A DNA stretch of 64,000 nt, from NCBI GenBank assembly GCA_030704615.1, contig CM060734.1:39556001-39620000 (forward strand). The letters run 5' to 3'. Positions 12,360-24,270 of the stretch are shown here, piece after piece. The notes under the pieces were generated by a model. The model ran no database searches and was not told where the DNA came from. It saw only the letters and a list, made by a program, of their open reading frames with translations. This DNA comes from Takakia lepidozioides (lineage: Eukaryota > Plantae > Bryophyta). Within the stretch, counting starts at the first letter, position 1; every line of letters begins with the position of its first letter. Position numbers and translations under genes: made by a program.

Positions 12360-13430
12360 AACTCAGGATGCAAACCAAAACAGGGCCTCTCCATGCCCGT
12401 GTTTGCCACAATGCCCACACTGTAACTGTGCAGGCTGTGCATGTGCCGGGTACTTTGCCTCCCTCTGGGCAATCCTTCTTGACATGGGGTCCTCCACATG
12501 TCCAGCACACCACATCCGCCCGTTGTTGGCCAGCAAATGAAGGGAGAGACCCCTGCATCTGAGGTCCTCTCTGCCCTTCCCTGAGCTTCACCTGAGCCCC
12601 CTTGTTGCCTTGAGCATGTTGAGGTAGTGGTTGGCTAGGAGCACCACTACCCCGTGGTGTCTCCTTAGCAAATCCCACCATGATCACTCGTTCCTCCACC
12701 ATGTTGAGCTCTATCCGCTCTGCGAGCAAAAACACATTTGCAAGGTGGGTTGGGCCGCTTGTAGGAGAGTTGCATCCCGCACCCTTCTCCTCAGCTCCTT
12801 GTCCAATATCCCATACCAGAATTGGACTGCCTGAGCTTCCGTAACCCCTTGGGTTACATTTATCAAGCGCCTCATGCGAGTGAAAGCCTCCCTCAAGCTC
12901 TCGGTCGGCTTCCGTTGGAACTCTTGTAAGCTCCGCAACTTTTCTGTCCTCACCCCTTGGTAGTTCCATCTCAATTCTTCGAAGAACTCCACAATAGGGT
13001 TGAAGGCAGGCACGGGTACTAGTGCTGGTGCGGTAGTGGCTTGGGTGGACGTCGTAGCTACTGTACCACCAGTCCCACTAGTCCCTCTACTACTTGCTGA
13101 AGCTGCCGGTGCAGCGGCAGGTGTAGCCACTGCCCTCGTGGCTCTAGTGCCCCTAGTGATGGAGACATAGTCGGGTGACCAGTACATCCTCCACTCCTCG
13201 ATCTCAACCTCATGCCCCCGCCTGAACTCATGGTAATCATCCATAGGCGGCCCTCAGGTGCTGAAACAGCCCTTCTATGCCATGAAAGGTGTAAATAGTT
13301 GTGGATTGCGCATTTGCTGCAAATCACACCAACTATCAAACTCTTGGATAAAATCATCCAACTTGATGGTGCCCACCGCCCCAGAGTACCTTCGTGGCCC
13401 CTTGGTAGTTCCATACATCTCCTCCATTGT
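12360..13430 (-). pseudogene. Retrotransposon Gag with two zinc knuckles
   Basis: KLDDFIQEFDSWC; FFEELRWNY...LQEFQRKPTESLREAFTRM (retrotrans_gag-like); CWTCGGPHVKKDC and CGHCGKHGHGEA(fs)C knuckles. Confidence 0.8.
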
Positions 13431-14399
13431 GTCCCACAACAATGGCAAAGAAACAACTTTTACCGCCGGTATGAGTCCTCCTGATTCACAATCCGAATCA
13501 GAACCTTCCGTAGAAGACACAGGAGGTGAAGGTGGCCTAAACCGCACACCTCGTCTCGTGTACCCACTAGTATCGTTAGTGCTCGAACCGGCACTGTCCC
13601 CAGCAACTAGTGGCACCTCCGTGTTGACACTCAACCGGTCATGAACATGTCCCTAACCCCCTCTCCACAAGGTAACCGGATAGAGAACCTATTGCGGCTT
13701 ATGGTTTGGAATACTAAGTTCCTAACATAGCCTACACCTGTACTTGCATCCACCGCAAGCACTCCTATGGTTGGCTGGTCATCACCTCCAACCTCACCAC
13801 AGGAGAAACAATGATGGTCTGGCTGGTCATCACCCCAGCCTTGAGGGCGGATTCCCTTCTGGCTTGACCCTCCATATTCTCGACCGTCCTCATCAACTCC
13901 TTAGATAGTCACCATCGACAGCATGCTCTAGGACTGGCCGGTGATCAAATCCGGACCAATCACCTATAAAAACAAGCGCCCACACAAAACTAGCATGGCG
14001 CACAGTCAAGCATGCAGGTATGGAGGGGATCCAAACACAAGAAATCAGAACGACAACTCCCCCACACCAAAAACAACTCCACGGTGTTGCTCCTGCAATG
14101 ACACCCCAGCCCAAACCCGGACTGACTCTTGCCTCCACCTACAGAAAGGTCTTGGCCTAATGAGAAGGTGAAACTACGAGGAAGAGAAGCTAAAGCAATG
14201 CCTAACCCCAGCATGCCCTCATCCCAACACTCTTCCTCTCCTCTCTTCCCTCACTTGCATGACCATGGGAATATCATGAAGATACTCCTCAAACCGCCCT
14301 CCACGAGCTTCATAATTCGGCCTTCAAGACCACATACCAGTCCTTAGGCAGTCCACCAGTGCCTCCACGAGTCAGTACAGGCCGTCCACAGGTCAACAC

Positions 14400-15612
14400 G
14401 GGCCACCACAGACCAGCACAGGCCCACACAGCTCACAGGCCACAACCTGTCACAGCCCTACACAGGTCACAGGGTCACAGCCCCACAGGCCGCAGCCTAT
14501 CACAGCCCCAAAGGCCACCTGTCACAGCCCATCACAACCCCAAAGGCCACAGGCACAGCCTGTCACAGCCGTACAAAGGTCACAAGGTCACAACCCCAAG
14601 GCCACAGCCTATCACAGCCCCTCACAGCCCCTCACAGCTCGCCACAGCCTGTCACAGCCCATCACAGCCCCACAGGCCACAAGGCACAGCCTGTCACAAC
14701 CCCTTATAGCCCGTCACAGCCCACAGGCCACAGGGCACAGCCTGTCACAGCCCCTTATAGCCCGTCACAGCCCCACATGCCACAGGGCACAGCCCATCAC
14801 AGCTTGTCACAGCTCGCCACAGCCTGTCACAGCCTGTCACATCCCGTCACAGCCCCACAGGCCACAGGGCACACTGTCACAGCCCCTCATAGCCCGTCAC
14901 AACCCACAGGCCACAGGGCACAGCCTGTCAAGCCTCACAGCCCGTCACAGCCCATAGGTCACTGAACACAGCCTGTCACAGCCCTCATAGCCCGTCACAG
15001 CTCGCCACAGCCTGTCACAGCCCATCACAGCCCCACAGGGCACAGGGCACAGCCTGTCACAGCCCCTTATAGCCCGTCAAGCCCCACAGGCCACGGGGCA
15101 CAGCCTGTCAAGCCCGTCACAGCCCGTCACAGCCCCACAGGCCACTGGGCACAGCCTATCACAGCCCGCCACAACCTGTCACAGCCCCTCACAGCCCCAA
15201 AGGCCTCAGCACGGCCTGACACAGCCCTCACAGCCCCTCACAGACCCTCATAGCCCCAAGGCCACGGGCACAGCCTGTCACAGCCTCTCACAGCCCGTCA
15301 CAGCCCCACAGGCCAGGGGCGCAGCCTGTCACAGCCCGTCACAGCCCCGAAGGCCACTGGCGCAGCCCGTCACAGCCCTCACAGCCCGTCACAGCCCCAA
15401 AAGGCCACCGGCACAGCCCCTCACAGCCCATCACAGCCCCCATGGCCACCGGCGTAGCCCGTCACATGCCCTCACAACCCGTCACAGCCCGAAGGCACCG
15501 GCACAGGCCCTCACAGGCCCTCACAGCCCGTGACAGCCCCGAAGGCCACCGGCACAGCCCCTCACAACCCGTCACAGCCCCAAGGCCACAGGGACAGCCC
15601 GTCACAGCCCAT
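14400..15612. repeat. Minisatellite array (core CC(C/T)GTCACAG, ~11 bp units with GGCCACAGGGCACAG spacers) in the element's 5' non-coding region
   Basis: Dozens of CCCGTCACAG / CCTGTCACAG / CCCATCACAG / CCCCTCACAG variants with higher-order blocks. Confidence 0.95.
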
Positions 15613-16084
15613 CCATGGCCGCTCTGGCAGTTTAGCCATTTTTCCAAGGGGTTAGCCACGCCAAGCTAGGGTTGTGTCTCTTGGACTCTAGGCTTCTTTC
15701 CACCGAGCTATGGCGGCTGTGAGGAAATCAGCAAGGTATCTTGCTCTTTCGGCTCCCACACACACCATAGTAGCCCTAAGCCATGAGGTGGTTGCCACAA
15801 ACCAAGCCTTCTTTCTCATTTAGCCTCCCAAACACGCCCACTAAACTCAATGGCAAAAAACCAAGCCCTGCTGGTTCCCAGCCCTTGTGAGCACTCATTC
15901 AAGCACTCTCCTTGGCCATAGCATCTGTCTTAGACCCTATTCCAGCCCCCTACGCCTGCTGCTTCAAGAGTTGCCCTCCCTTCAAGCTTGAAGTTGAAAC
16001 CCCAACTCACATAGGCCCTACAAGTGCTTTCTTTCACTCCAAGTGGAAAAACCAGCCCTAGACCTTCCGTTCTAGCTCTCTAAA

Positions 16085-16440
16085 GCTTGAAAACAAGAGC
16101 CTCAATGGGCTGAAGGCATGCTCCACACATGCCCCCACTCTCACCATAAGATAATCAGCTCCTTGCTTCATTTCTTGCACCCCAACCTGATAAAATACAA
16201 GCTTCAGCAGGCTGAAAGCATGCTCCACATGCCCTACAGGGAAACCAGCCCTTCCTCTTTCTTGCCACTCCCACACCTGAAAGTGCAAGCCTTCACCAGG
16301 CTGATAGCATGCTCCACACATGCATTGCCCTCACATAAGGGAAGTCAGCCTTCCCTCTTCTGCTTGCCCTCCAAGCTTGAAGATGGAAGCTTCAATGAGC
16401 TGAATACATGCTCCACACATGCAACCTCTTCACACAAGAG
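16085..16440. repeat. Four ~95-100 bp spaced repeats with core GCATGCTCCACACATGC
   Basis: Cores at ~16116, 16218, 16307 and 16407 with shared flanks (AAGCTT, CAGCC). Confidence 0.75.
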
Positions 16441-18183
16441 ATATCAGCCCCCTATTTGGCTCCTTGGCTCCTTGATGCTCTCTAAGACAAGACTAAGCAC
16501 TCCACAGCCTTGCCAAGCTCCTGAAACCCTAAGGCTTACATTTCCAGCCACAAGACACTCCTCTTGGTGCAAGAATTTTCTTCCAAGCTCTGAAACCCTA
16601 GGTGCACATTCCATGGCCTTGCCGCACCTCTTAGCTCCTGTTCCAGCCCCGCTCTTGCCATGGCAGAGCCTCATACCGCTGGAGTTTCAGATTGAAACCC
16701 CCAACTCAACATAGCCACAAATGCATTGGCTTGCATACAAGAGAAATCAGCCATCTCTCTTCACTCATACCTCCTTATGAGCTTGAAGTTGGAGCTCCCG
16801 ATAACTATGACTTACATCTAACACCCTCGCAGCTCCACATTGCTGCAGCTCCTAACTTGGCCTGCAGCTGAAGAAGACGACCACCAGTTCACCCGCTCGA
16901 GACCAGCATCTCCCCCGCTTCACACTAGAAGCCCAAACTTGGTTGCCATAGCGTTGAGCTATGCAACGCCGCTCTTCAACATAGGCTACCCGCCTCTCTA
17001 TCCATTGCAAACTTTGCAACTGTTCGCCTTTGCACTCTATCCACTTTGGATAGGCTCATGCACGGATCCCTGCACTCTAGGCTGAACCGCTTCTCATGAA
17101 AACACAAGTGCTACAAAACAACTCGAACCTGGCACTCACAGACTCGAGCTGAGCTTTCTCGAGTGATAATACAAGCACAAGCTCATGCGAGCTCACAAAG
17201 CTGAAGCATAAACTCATGCATATATAACCTCATCACTCAAATACAAGTCAAGCCAAGTGCACCCCACGCCATGGGAATCCACCACTACGGCGCCATAGCT
17301 AGGCGCGGTGAGGCTCAACTCGAGAAAGATGAGCCTCCCGCGCTTGCCGTGAAGAGATAACCACTCCAGGGCCTAAATCTGCCTTGACCCCTGGATTGAC
17401 ACTTGGGCCAATCCCAAATGTCAATATGTAAAAACTAGCTATTTCCTAGCTAGTTTCACACTAGTGGTAATATAACTTGACAACCATGCTATAGGAATTA
17501 GACACTAGAATCAGGAGCTCTCCTCTCAACCACTAAGACACCATAATAACTATGGTTCTTCTCCCTCGATTTCAAGAGTCACTACTAGATGTACATCTTA
17601 ACATCTGATTGGTTGCTTAAGTGTTATGTTTTTTCAAGCTATAGCCGATTAACTTAGACAATAATTGCTAGATAGTTCTTTTCATTACAATGTGTGTTTG
17701 TTTGTGTGTTTGTTGAGTATCCTGAGGGTGACCCAATTCCACGCCAGAATGAAGGCTTAATACACTATTCTGGGTGAAAATGTTTATGGAAATAACTGTA
17801 AAGGAGGCAGCAAAAGTTGTGACCACTAATCTTGACACGATGTAAGGAGCAACAACGGAAGGCGGTCCAGGAGGTTTTACAAGGTGCCTGGACTAGGCGG
17901 ATCTTGGATTAACCATCGAATTTTCAAGACATTAAGATAGTTATCATTGGCTTGCAGAGGATCCGGTTCTGTAAGTTTCCTAGTCCACAAAACTCAAGAA
18001 CTGTAGCAAATGATAGATCAGGGTTATAGCCTAGAGTATCTTACTGGATAGTAGGTGAAAGATCACATTTGAAGGGACTTGACCCTACATAGGATTGCAC
18101 CTCTTCAGTGTAAAGGGATTTTAGTGCTTGGTAGCACTTCTTTAATTGAGATATTTACTTCTTTTCTCATCTCTCTCAAGCAC

Positions 18184-18818
18184 GCTGGATAAATCTGACT
18201 TAGAGGCTGTAGTGTCCTCAGCCATGTTTGTTGCCATGAGATTGTATGATGACAATGAAGTTAGGCAGAAAACTTCCCTGAACTTGTTTCCAGTCTGTGA
18301 CATGGGGGAGGACATCTTGGATGACCTCAAGGGTCTACCCACTCTTGGCACTAGACTGAAATTTAAACTCAGGGCAGGAAGCCTACCTCTGAACAGCAAA
18401 CAAAAGCAGAGAGGAAAGGGAGAGTGCAATTGCTTGTTGTGTGGGCAATCTGAAGACAATATTCATTTTTTGATACACTGTCCGGGGTTCTCTCACCAAA
18501 GAGACGCTCTCTTTAAATCTATTAAGGGAATTGTGCCTGTACCCCTGTTTACCAACTTTGAAAGTCTCGAGGCTGAGCCAAAAGCCCAGGCCCTCCCGAG
18601 GCCTAGTTTTTGGGCAAATCACACACAGCAGATTGATGCTTGTGTGAAGGGATTTCTAGAGGATATCTGGAAAACCCGGATTAATTCTTTATATGGAGGT
18701 AAGTCTTACTACCAACGTCAGCCCCTGACAGAGGTAGGTTCTGTCCCTTGTTCCCGCTCAAACTGGGCGCGGGGTCAATGGCCACAAGGCTACGGCAAAC
18801 AACGTCTTATGAGTACAA
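18184..18818 (+). mobile_element. 5'-truncated LINE (C-terminal CCHC region plus 3' tail) with 12-bp TSD
   Basis: KLRAGSLPL...CLLCGQSEDNIHFLIHC; TSD TCTCTCAAGCAC at 18172-18183 and 18819-18830; tail ...GGGGTCAATGGCCACAAGGCTACGGCAAAC...ATGAGTACA. Confidence 0.9.
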
Positions 18819-21800
18819 TCTCTCAAGCACACTCTTGTATAATCTCTATTATATCAGACATGCTACTAGAGCCAAGTTACTTAGATCTTTTAGAGTGTAA
18901 AAGAATGAGAGAGGAAAAACAGAAATGACTCAATTCAGAGCAACTGACCTTAGGAATGTAACCAAATTTGATGGTATATATTTTTCATGTATAGAAACAT
19001 CGAGTGAGGTTAATTATGAAAGCCGAAAACTTTTCATTGTGGTGGATGGAACGTTGGTAAGACCATTACTCCTCCACCAACTCTTGGAGGAACAGTTGCA
19101 CATACACCAGCCACAAGTGCTGGCAGTAAAGTGAGTGGGACGAGAAAGATGCTCTCACTCTCACACTAATAACAAATTGCCTTGAAAACAATCAAGTGTC
19201 TCATGTAAGCTATCTTGATACGTCAAAAGATATTTGGGATGAGTTGACCAAGTTGTTTGAATCACAGGATGCGTGATAAACTTGCCACACTAAAAATGAG
19301 GGAGAACGAGAGCATGACACAACATGTTTATGCTTTTCGATCATTACTGGAACAATTGTCGGCGGCTGGATCACCTGTCAATGATGAAGATAGTGTGATA
19401 TCTCTAATGAGGAGCATGCCTATAAGCTACATAAGCTTTTTGGTGGCTCTCAGAGGGCATCCCAACATTGCAGACCCTCATCACATAATTGCTGCAAGAA
19501 GAGACTCTTATGAAGAGTCTTGGTTCTTCGGCTGATTCAACATCAACACTGGTTAGGAAGTACACCTGCGAACCACAAGAACAGATATGGTTCATACACT
19601 TCGAAAGAAGGTAATGGACCAACTTCTCAAGCAGTGAAAGTGGGGAAAAAGAAGATGCGATGCTTCTTTTGCAAAAGCTTGGTCATATCCAAAAATATTG
19701 TCGTAAGCGACTTGCTACTGAAGCGGAAAAATAAGGGAATACAACCAGTTCTTCATAATTTTTGTATGTTGCTACTCTCATATCTAAAATAGAAACTGAC
19801 ACTTCATGGTTGGTTGATACTGGTGCAACTGAGCACATGGCATTTGATTCCAAATGCTTTGTCACATATACAAAATATTCCGCATAACAGTTTGTGTATC
19901 TCGGTGACAATTCAGCCCACGAAATAATGGGTAAAGGGAACGGCTCAATTGTTCTACTTAATGGACAAATTCGAGAAGTACCTGATGTCCTTCACGTCCC
20001 AGTCCTGAGAAAAAAGTAAAACAGTTTGTTGCATCTAGAGGAGAACTTACAATTAAAGGAGGGAGTTGCTTATTGTCCAAAAATGGGCATTTACTTGCAA
20101 CCTGCAAGATAGAAAGTGACTTGTACAAGCTAGGGATCTCGAAAATGCCAAGCGAGGTTCATGCTAATGTTGTAAGCTCAGACTCTGCCGCAAATATATG
20201 ACGCCTTTGAAACCCTAGCAGCTCACACATTCCTATTGTGGGTTCGGTCCTCTTAGCGGCTAGGTCTACCCCAGGCCTGGTTGTAGTAGAAGATATTGTT
20301 GTAGGGGGAGAACATGAAGACTCTTCTTTAAAACGTCCAATACGACTATTAGTCGACCCTGCTGGTCTCCAACAGAACCCAGTGTCTCTCCCATCTGGGA
20401 GATAAAACAAAGAAAACCCCTTCACGGCTCATTGAAAGCATCATGGAAGGGAAGACTGTTCCATCTAATTTATAGGGCCCACCCCCGAAAGGGGGCAGTA
20501 GCCACAAGGCGAAGTGGCTCTTAGTTATGCTGGCTTTGGCCGGAGTCTCCTCTCTCTCTGTTCCATCTAAAAAAAAGCCTAAAGCACTTCTAACCCGATC
20601 TTATTGATTAGATCCAGTCACATTGTTAGAAGCTCTAGCATGAGCTGGAGCCAATGATTGAATGAATGCAATAGACATAGTTGAAGTCATTGAAAAAGAA
20701 TCAAAATTGGAAATTGACAGCCTTGCCTCACAATCGAAAGGCAATTGGTTGCAAGTGGGTATTTAAAACCAAGCTCAAATCCGATGGTTCAGTCGCCAAG
20801 TACAACAAGATTAGTCGCAAAAGGCTATACTCAATAAGAGGGAGTTGACTATCAAGAAACTTTTTCTTTAGTCATGAAACTCACTTCTATAAGAGTACTA
20901 TTAGCCTTTGCAGTATATCATGACCTTGATATTCAACAAATAGACATCAAAACAGCCTTTCTGAATGGCCAACTTGATGAGGAAATTTATAGGGAGGTTC
21001 CCGAAGGACTTCCTCCAGTACAAAGAAGTCCAAGATTAGTGTGCAAGTTGAAAAAGACATTATGTGGTCTAAAGAGTCACCACGACAGTGGTATCAACGA
21101 CTAGACTCCTTTCTGGTCTCGATTGGCCTTCACAATAGTGAATCAGACTCGAATGTTTACACTAAGTCTGAAGGAAGGGGTTTAATAATCATTGTTGTCT
21201 ATGTTGATGACTCAATACTGCTAAGTAATAATGCTGATGTGATGGAAAACACAAAGAAACTTCTTTCAACAGAGTTTGAAATGTCAGACTTAGGGTCTCT
21301 TCATTTTTGTTTGGGAATGGAGATCCTTCATTACAAAGAACTTGGGGTCTTGACAATCAATCAACAAAAATATGTTGAGGAAGTATTGCACAAATACAAA
21401 ATGGACTTGTGTAATCCTGCTATTACACCAATGGAACCCGAGCTAAAATTGAGCAAAGGTGATTCACCGCAAACTGCAGAAGAAAAGGAAAAAAATGGTG
21501 AACATACCTTACCAAAGTGCTGTTGGCAACCTAATGCATGCAATGGTCAACACTCGATTTGCATTTGCTGTAAGTTCTATAGCTCAGTATTATCAAACCC
21601 TGGAGAAAAGCATTGGCTCCCTGTCATAAGAATTCTAAGATATTTGAAGGGAACAAGTGAGAAAGGACTTGTCTTTCGACGCTCAAGTTAGCCACTGGTC
21701 TTGCACGGTTATTCCGATGCAGATTGGGCAGGAGATGTGGATACATGAAGGTCTACATCGGGCATCTATCTTCTTGCTAATGGGGTCATCAGTTGGGCAA

Positions 21801-21869
21801 GTAGAAAACAGAAGGCAATGGCTTTGTCTAGTACAGAATCAGAATACATGGCATTGTCTCGAGCTTCTA

Positions 21870-24270
21870 GCAAGTTTGGGTCATAAACAAGACATGCTGA
21901 CGCGATTATCTATGGATCTAGAGAATCCTCCCATCCATAGAAGACACATAAGGCCTGTGCTTCACCCTCCGTGCTTACTTACACAAGTCCAAAGAGGCAC
22001 ACCTCATGTGAACGGGTTTGTTAACCACTTAACAACCTCTACTTGAGACTATTCAAGTTTAAGAATCTCTTCATATCTTAGAGTACTTCAAACTAAGTTA
22101 ACTTATCCTTAACTTACTATATTTAACACTCCCACTAAGTTGGGATGAGTTGACTTATTCTAACTTATACTCACACTCCCATTAAGTTGGGATAAGTGAA
22201 GCTGAGTCAAGTACTCTAGCCACAACACCGGAGTTGTGAGTACAAAATTCATGTGTATCTCGAGGTAGACTTTTGGTTAAACAATTAGCAACTATATCGA
22301 CTGTAGAGCAATATTGGAGCTTGATTTCACCGGTAGCAACTTTATAACGTACGAAGTGATACTCAAGTTCAATGTGTTTGGAGCGTGAGTGAAACTTAGG
22401 ATTTTTGGTGAGGGCGATCTAGCACTGCGATTGTCACAGTGAAAAACGCTACCAGTTGCTCTTCTCCCAAATCAGACAACAGACGACGTAACCAGACTGC
22501 TTCTTTAGCCGACGCCATGTACTCGGCTTCTGTGGAAGAGAGAGCAATAGCAGTCTGGTGCTTGCCGGTCCAACTTACAGCTAAGTTAGAAGAAAAACAT
22601 ACCCTGATGTAGATTTCTTGCTGTCAGGATCAGCCGAGTCTGCATCTGCATAACCATGACAAACCGACTTGGATGTGGAAGGAGAAGGGATGTTAGGGTG
22701 CCCTATGTTATAAATGAGTCCGTGATTGGAAGTTCCTTTGAGATAGCGGAGAATTCGCTTCTGGCCACGTGCACACCATTGCATACATTAAACTCCCAAC
22801 ACTCGATTGATAGGGAATCTCAGTCATCTTGCGCCTCTGTTCTTCAGTACTTGGTGATTGGTCTTTAGTTAGTTTGAAGCCAGTTTCAAGAGGAGTTCCT
22901 CCATGCCAAAAGTTTAAGTACATCGTTTATGTACTTAGACTGATTTAATTCAACAGTACGTAGCTGACGGTTCCTTTTAATTTGAATACCAAGACAATAT
23001 TCGATTTCTCCCATGTCTGTAGTAAATAGGTGTCAATTCGAGCATACCATGCGCTTGGACTCTGTTTTAAGCCTTACAAGCTTTTATGGAGTTTACATCC
23101 CAGGTTAGCCTTGCCTGTTTGAACAAAACCCTCGGGCTGGATCTCATGTAGATGTCTTCCTCAATTCCACCGTTAAGGAATGCTGTTTTTACGTCCATCT
23201 GATGGGCTAAAAGGACTCGAATTGAAGTGAGTTTCACTACTGGTGAGAAGGTTTCATTATAGTCTATACCTGGAACCTGGGAGTAGCCTTTGGCTAGTAA
23301 GCGTGCCTTGTATTTATCAACCTGTCCATTGGCTTTATGTTTGATTCGAAAAATCCATCTACAACCAATAGCAATTCTTCCAGGAGGCAACTTGGTTAAG
23401 GTCCAGGTTTTATTCTTCATTAGTGAATTATATTCTTCTTGGACTGCATCATGCCATTGATTGGCATCTTCACTTTCCATGGCCGCTTTAAGGGTTTTTG
23501 GAAATACCTGAGATGTCTAAGCCGCTGCAAGTACTTCAGTGTAACTTACAGAGTCCTGGAATCTTTGAGACGAATTCCATGTTCGGGAAGAACGTCGAAC
23601 TGGAGCAATAGTAGCATCGCCAACATTTAACTCGTCAGCCTCATCCATAGTGTCAAACTCACCATTGTCAAGATCTTGGGGAAGAATAATTGCTTCGCAG
23701 TCAGTATTTTGAACAGGAGTAACTGGTACAACTCGATAATTGATTGGTGGAGGAGGGACGGCATGAATTAAAGGTGGAATATTGATTGGAGGTAACACAG
23801 GAGGAGGTGCTGGTGGAACTGGTGCTATAATGGAAGAATCTGTAGAAGGCTGGATTAAGTGCCAAATAGACTCTGTCCTCAGTGTCCTCACTCTCTTCAC
23901 TATCCTCGAGTTTTTGGTAATATAAAATCTAAATTTGCTCCCGCAGATTTAGCTGATTTGGAATCCTCATTAAAGATGACGTCTCTGCTAATAACAATAC
24001 TCTTAGTAGAGAGATTATATAAGCGATAAGCTTTAACAGTTCACTGTAACCAACTAAAATACAATGGAAGCTTTTTAGATCGAGTTTTTGACGTTTCTCT
24101 TTTGGTATGTGGACATACGCATCGCAGCCAAATATTCGTAAATGGGAGATAGAGGGTTTTATCCTTGACCAGACTTCGTCTAGAGTGATAATACTGTCCA
24201 AAGCCCTAGTAGGTACTCGGTTTTGAATATAAGAGGCTGTATATATAGCTTCAGCCCAAAAGTGGTCACA
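21870..24270 (-). mobile_element. Ty1/Copia element 2 (integrase C-term, RT, RNase H, 3' LTR), degenerate
   Basis: FWAEAIYTASYIQNRVP, HLRIFGCDAYVHIP, WTLTKLPPGRIAIGCRWIF, QMDVKTAFLNG, YQSSVGSLMYAM, KSTSGYVF, KHIELEYHFVR; PPT AGTGGGAG then TGTTAAATA at 22128. Confidence 0.9.

Larger units (their letters stand above)
8936..17603 (-). mobile_element. Ty3/Gypsy LTR retrotransposon carrying a C5 DNA methyltransferase (Gag-PR-DNMT-[RT/RH deleted]-INT N-term), degenerate and 3'-truncated
   Basis: Domain order on the minus strand: Gag, two zinc knuckles, aspartic protease, DNMT, RT/RH scraps, integrase N-terminal region. LTR-like starts TGTTAAGATG at 17603 and TGTTAGATG at 16823; the exact 5' boundary and PBS are unresolved. 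Confidence 0.85.

Noticed and set aside
14359-15669. H/S/P/Q-rich ORFs; possible CRISPR-like array
   Set aside because: These are translations of the minisatellite; there are no unique spacers, and the context is eukaryotic.
17620-18000. Coding-like fragment between the retroelements
   Set aside because: Too short and degenerate to assign.
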